Shown here: positions 60,085-64,000 of the stretch, piece by piece
How positions within the stretch are numbered: the first letter of the stretch is position 1
Layout: each line of letters starts with the position of its first letter
From: Candidatus Latescibacterota bacterium
GTDB lineage: Bacteria > Latescibacterota > UBA2968 > UBA8231
Direction of reading: 5' to 3'
Assembly: GCA_965215195.1 (NCBI GenBank)
Contig: CBDCDC010000002.1
Coordinates: forward strand, 608,001-672,000
DNA length: 64,000 bases
Translations under genes and position numbers: made by a program
The notes under the pieces: model-generated
The model's input: only the letters and a program-made list of their open reading frames with translations
Told to the model about the DNA's origin: nothing
Database searches by the model: none

Positions 60085-60969
60085 ACCAATGGTGCTAGTG
60101 AGTTGACCGTGGTCGAGGTAGTTCCTACGCTGAGGGTGTCCCCCCTTCCAGCGAAGGAGCGTCCCATGACCACGGCCGAGTTTATAATAGCCCTCTTCTA
60201 TCGGATCGACAACCAGATGGGCGATGTGCCCAAACACCCCCAAGCCGCCTTATATCCCAGCGAAACGGTGACCCTGGCGGTTCTATATGCGCTCAAAGGG
60301 GACGGCAAACGGGCGTTTTATCGCTGGGTAGTGCGCGATTGGCGCGCCTTTTTCCCGCGCCTGCCCGAACGCACCCGCTTGTTCCGCCTGTTTGTCGCCC
60401 ATGCGGACTGGACCGATCGCTTTCGAGCGGACCCCACCCCCTTAGGCGTGATCGATAGCTATGGCATCGAGTTGATCCATCCAGTACGCGAAGGCCGCTC
60501 CGCTCACCCTATCGGCCAGAAAGGGTTGTCCAATCACCGCTGGATCGTCGGCGGCAAGCTGGGCTTGATCGTCAACCAGTGGGGCTTGATCGTCGATTGG
60601 GATTGTAACACGGCCAATGTCCACGATTCGGTCTTTCACCCGATGATTGGTCGCTACGAAGAGCAGATGATCCTCCTCAGCGACCAAGGCTTTCATGCCA
60701 AAGAAGGTGATCCGGCTAATCTGAAAGTGTGTCCCCGCAAAACCTGGGGCGACCGGATGGTCATCGAGACCGTCTTTTCGATGCTGACCCGCATTGGCCG
60801 GTTCAAGCGACAGACCCATCGAGCTTGGGCCTACTTTAGAGCGCATCTGAGCGCGGCCATGGCCGCCTTTAACCTGCTGGCACAGTGGCATGGATTGCAA
60901 CCGGATGAAAATGGATTCGTCCCGTTGTCCATCGCGGAATTTAGCTTGTAGCCCACTAGCACCATTGGT
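60085..60969 (+). mobile_element. IS982-like insertion sequence (885 bp)
   Basis: Perfect IRs ACCAATGGTGCTAGTG/CACTAGCACCATTGGT; TAGTA duplicated at 60080-60084 and 60970-60974. Confidence 0.9.
60166..60951 (+). CDS. DDE transposase (IS982-like)
   Basis: AAGGAG RBS; IDS, ANVHD, SDQGF, RMVIETVFS. Confidence 0.88.
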   Translation: MTTAEFIIALFYRIDNQMGDVPKHPQAALYPSETVTLAVLYALKGDGKRAFYRWVVRDWRAFFPRLPERTRLFRLFVAHADWTDRFRADPTPLGVIDSYGIELIHPVREGRSAHPIGQKGLSNHRWIVGGKLGLIVNQWGLIVDWDCNTANVHDSVFHPMIGRYEEQMILLSDQGFHAKEGDPANLKVCPRKTWGDRMVIETVFSMLTRIGRFKRQTHRAWAYFRAHLSAAMAAFNLLAQWHGLQPDENGFVPLSIAEFSL

Positions 60970-61679
60970 TAGTAGCAATGGTTGCCGGCGCATACACCAA
61001 CCCGCTGAGCACCAACAGGCTACTGAGCAAGTTGCCCCGCGCCGCCTCGGCCAGCGGCAGGGCTTGAGCCGCCTGCACACACTGACGCAGCCAATCCACC
61101 GACGCTTGCCCCGCTGGCTGCATCAACGGCGCAAACGGCAGCAGTCCCACAGGTCCCGACTCGAGGATGCGCTGGCCGTCTTGCTCGCTCAACCGCAGCA
61201 CTTGGTACTCAATCAGAATGCGGTGGCCGGAGCGATCTTGGAGATAGTGCCCCGGATCGCGCCGGCCGGCCTCCGGTCGCAGGTAGATCACGATGGCATA
61301 TACCGGCAGACCGTATTGCTCAATAAGCCGCCCGATGTAACCGGCCATCCGCTGCGGCATCGGCCGGTGCGTACTATCGATGGTTTGAAATTCCGTATGA
61401 ACCAATCCCTCTTCGCCGCCGATCCGCACGCTCAGGAGGCTGTCGGTTTGGCGCATCTCAACGGTGCGTTGCTCCGGGTCCATCACGTCGATGACTTCGA
61501 CGTCGTCGCGGCCGAGGGTGAAGCGGACGAAATCGTCGGGATAGTGTTGAATCAAGTATTTGGAGACAATATCAAATTCGGGCATCGGTATGGCCTTGGG
61601 TTAGGACCCGCTCTGTTGTCCCTTCGATAGGTAGTGTGCGGACTGAAGGCGGCTTGTCAACGGGCGGGGAGGCCACTGG

Positions 61680-62702
61680 TCACTCTTGTCCTTCCTTAAC
61701 GACCATGATCCTCTGCTTAACCTCGGCGATGCGCTCTTCATTCATGGCGACGGTGTGATTGTTCTCTGCGGAAAAACTGCCCTGCGGGTAGTAAGGCTGT
61801 CCGTACAGGGGGTACGCCTCGCTGCGCAGGTGAGCCAAGGTGTGGTGGCCGGTGCGCCGCTTGCGGATGTGCCGCAAGGCCCCGATATCGACTTCGGAGA
61901 CGACGATTTTTTCTCCTATTCCCGGATCGGCTTGGGCGAGGATGCGGCCGTCGAAATCGACCACCATGGAGCCGCCCGGCCAAGAAAAGGGGGGATAGTC
62001 CCTCAGCTCGGCTCCTTGGTTGGCGGCGAGCACATAGGCCGTATTTTCGAGGGCCCGACAGCGATTGACCGTCGTCCACCAATCCAGCGGCGGCGTCGCA
62101 CCCCAAGGGTCCATATAGGCCGAGACGCGAACGAGAATTTCGGCACCGCGGGCTGTGAGCTGGCGCAGGGGCTCGGGAAAGAGCCAGTCGTAGCAAATCG
62201 CCGCGCCAATGCAGCCGATGGGCGTCCGGGCCACCGGAAACAGTTCGTCCTCATAGTCGGCCAAGTCGTGGGGGCTGGTGTGGACTTCCCAAGGGATCCA
62301 AGGATTGACCTTGCGGTACTTGTACCACAGCCCCTCCGGCCCGAGCAGGCAGGTCGTGTTGAACACCTTGCCCGGCCACTGGGGATCCTCTTCGAGAAAG
62401 GTGGCCGTTTGGATGTACACGCCCAATTCGCGGGCCTTTTCCTCCAAGCGGGCCGTGTGCTCGTTGGGAATGGGAACGGTTAGTTTGGCCAGCAAGCTCT
62501 TGGCGGTGGGATAGATCGGGGCGGCATGGCCAAATTCGGGAAAGGCCAGCAACTTGACGTCCATAAACGGCCCGTAGCCTTCAACGGCCATTTCGACCAT
62601 TTCGACCATGCGAGCCGTGTTGCGGGCCATTTCAGAGCGGTCGGTGGGATTGGGTTGGGCAACCTGACAGGCGGCCACCCCGTAGCGCAGTTCATCCGCC
62701 AT
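61680..62702 (-). CDS. Carbon-nitrogen hydrolase (nitrilase superfamily)
   Basis: Glu-Lys-Cys triad: FPEF, YRK, ICYD. Confidence 0.92.
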   Translation of the reverse strand: MADELRYGVAACQVAQPNPTDRSEMARNTARMVEMVEMAVEGYGPFMDVKLLAFPEFGHAAPIYPTAKSLLAKLTVPIPNEHTARLEEKARELGVYIQTATFLEEDPQWPGKVFNTTCLLGPEGLWYKYRKVNPWIPWEVHTSPHDLADYEDELFPVARTPIGCIGAAICYDWLFPEPLRQLTARGAEILVRVSAYMDPWGATPPLDWWTTVNRCRALENTAYVLAANQGAELRDYPPFSWPGGSMVVDFDGRILAQADPGIGEKIVVSEVDIGALRHIRKRRTGHHTLAHLRSEAYPLYGQPYYPQGSFSAENNHTVAMNEERIAEVKQRIMVVKEGQE

Positions 62703-63792
62703 GGGTTTTTCTCTTCGTCTTCCACACTTTGGGCGTTCCGCGCCGCTGTTCGATCAACTCGGCGACAACGCTGACCGCGATTTCAGCCGGCGTGTCCGCC
62801 CCGATGTTGGCCCCGATCGGCGCAAAGACGGCGTCCAAGCACTGTGGGTCCCCACCGCGCTCGGCGATCCGCCGCCACAAAATGAGCTTCTTGCGCTCGC
62901 TGCCCAGCATTCCGATGTAGCACGCCGGCGTCTTGATCGCCGCTTCGACGACGATTTCATCGTGCTGGTGGCCGCGCGTGGCCGCGACGATGTAGGACTG
63001 GTCGTCGATGGGCAACTGGGCGAATACCCCCTCCATGCCGGCGACTAAGCACTCGTCGGCCTGGGGATGCCGCGTGGGATTGGCAAAGACCGGGCGGTCG
63101 TCAATGAGGACGACGCGGAAGCCCACGTTTTTGGCCAGCGCACAAATCTGCCCGCCTACGTGGCCTCCACCGAAGATGTAGAGCACAGGTTCGGGCAAGA
63201 ACGGCTCGATAAATACTTCCGCGGCCTCGCCCAGCTCGGCACTTGGGTCCAGCGCACAGACAAGGCCGCGCGCGCGCACGAGCACCTCAGGTAAGCACTC
63301 CTCCACCTGGCGATCGGCTGCGGACGTGCCCAGCGAGCCGCAGGTGCGGCCGTCGGCCCCTAACCACAGCCGCCCTTCCCCGGTGGGGTCAAAACGGCGC
63401 TTGAGCAGAGTCGCCAGCGCACAACCAGTGCGTACCTGACGCGCTGCTAGTACGCGGCCATAGAAGTCGGCTGCCTCGTCCGGCTCGATAACTTCGGTGT
63501 AAATCCGCACACTGCCGCCGCAATTTAAGCCGCTTTCTCCGGCTTGCTTTTCCGTCATGGTGTAGCGCAGGAGTTGGTTTTCGCCGGTCTCGAGCGCAGT
63601 GCGGCCAGCGCTCAAGACCTCGGCTTCGAGGCATCCGCCGCCTATAGTCCCGACCACGTCCCCTTGCTCGGCGACGATCATTTTGGCCCGCTCGCTCATG
63701 GGAATTGAGCCGCTGCTCCACACCAGCGAGGCCAAGGCCATTCGCTCGCCCTGCCCCTTGCGCCGAACAATTTCAGTGAGAATGTCGTCCAT
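62692..63792 (-). CDS. XdhC/CoxI-family molybdenum cofactor chaperone
   Basis: GTIGGGCLE, GLNCGG, FGGGHV, DDR, TRGH, YIGMLGS, TPAEIAVS. Confidence 0.92.
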   Translation of the reverse strand: MDDILTEIVRRKGQGERMALASLVWSSGSIPMSERAKMIVAEQGDVVGTIGGGCLEAEVLSAGRTALETGENQLLRYTMTEKQAGESGLNCGGSVRIYTEVIEPDEAADFYGRVLAARQVRTGCALATLLKRRFDPTGEGRLWLGADGRTCGSLGTSAADRQVEECLPEVLVRARGLVCALDPSAELGEAAEVFIEPFLPEPVLYIFGGGHVGGQICALAKNVGFRVVLIDDRPVFANPTRHPQADECLVAGMEGVFAQLPIDDQSYIVAATRGHQHDEIVVEAAIKTPACYIGMLGSERKKLILWRRIAERGGDPQCLDAVFAPIGANIGADTPAEIAVSVVAELIEQRRGTPKVWKTKRKTHGG

Positions 63793-63795
63793 AAT

Positions 63796-63999
63796 TTACT
63801 TTGGCCAGTGGGCCAACTCGCGCTGGTAATCGGCTGGCGTGTCCATGTCGGTCAGAATGGCGGCCTCTGCCACAGGCAACTCGCACGTATCCTCGGGATG
63901 GCCCCGGGTCACCGCGTTCAATCCCACGTCCAGCGGCAAGGCCAAAATTTCCGCCCGGTAGGCGTTGCGAATCAATACGGGATGACCCCTTTTTCCGTT
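63796..63999 (-). CDS. MocA-like nucleotidyltransferase, C-terminal part (5' end outside the window)
   Basis: Manual translation NGKRGHPVLI...DVG...DMDTPADY; upstream of the XdhC gene. Confidence 0.8.
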   Translation of the reverse strand, partial: NGKRGHPVLIRNAYRAEILALPLDVGLNAVTRGHPEDTCELPVAEAAILTDMDTPADYQRELAHWPK

Positions 64000-64000
64000 G

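Larger units (their letters stand above)
59760..61585 (-). pseudogene. Rpn/YadD-like PD-(D/E)xK gene interrupted by an IS
   Basis: 5' part has TDSLL...HTEFQT...RMAGY; 3' part has GIEQ repeats; removing the 885-bp IS plus one 5-bp duplication restores a 936-bp in-frame ORF. Confidence 0.88.

Overview
A gene-dense, GC-rich bacterial chromosomal window. The gene repertoire (PorV-like barrel, DUF6785-type membrane protein, Uma2 and Rpn-type genes, a WD40 relic) suggests a diderm such as Latescibacterota/FCB, possibly host-associated; this is inference only. All calls come from motif recognition, with no database search. Housekeeping content: two divergent prs paralogs around apt, plant-type thrC plus a cystathionine gamma-synthase, ychF, three tRNAs, HU, mreBC, purB, pyrH, cysC, gdhA, ftsH and an orphan E2 acyltransferase. 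Accessory content: a VapBC pair, a TatT-TRAP transporter with an aminopeptidase, an McrBC system with an unusual N-terminal domain, a LarA-family/SDR pair, a decayed RidA-family gene, and an IS982-like element with exact ends that splits an Rpn-family gene. The most interesting region is a ~16.5 kb co-oriented minus-strand run (45.5 to 29 kb). It opens with an uncharacterised three-protein membrane module: a DUF6785-like protein, a 1467-aa fusion of a degenerate M28 peptidase with an FtsX permease and no ATPase partner, and an OPT-like transporter carrying a CCCH finger and two PDZ domains inserted into an acidic repeat. It continues directly into a J-domain/YbjN/PspA/Tat flavoprotein/membrane spermidine synthase/DUF4178/lipoprotein/DUF350 cluster.
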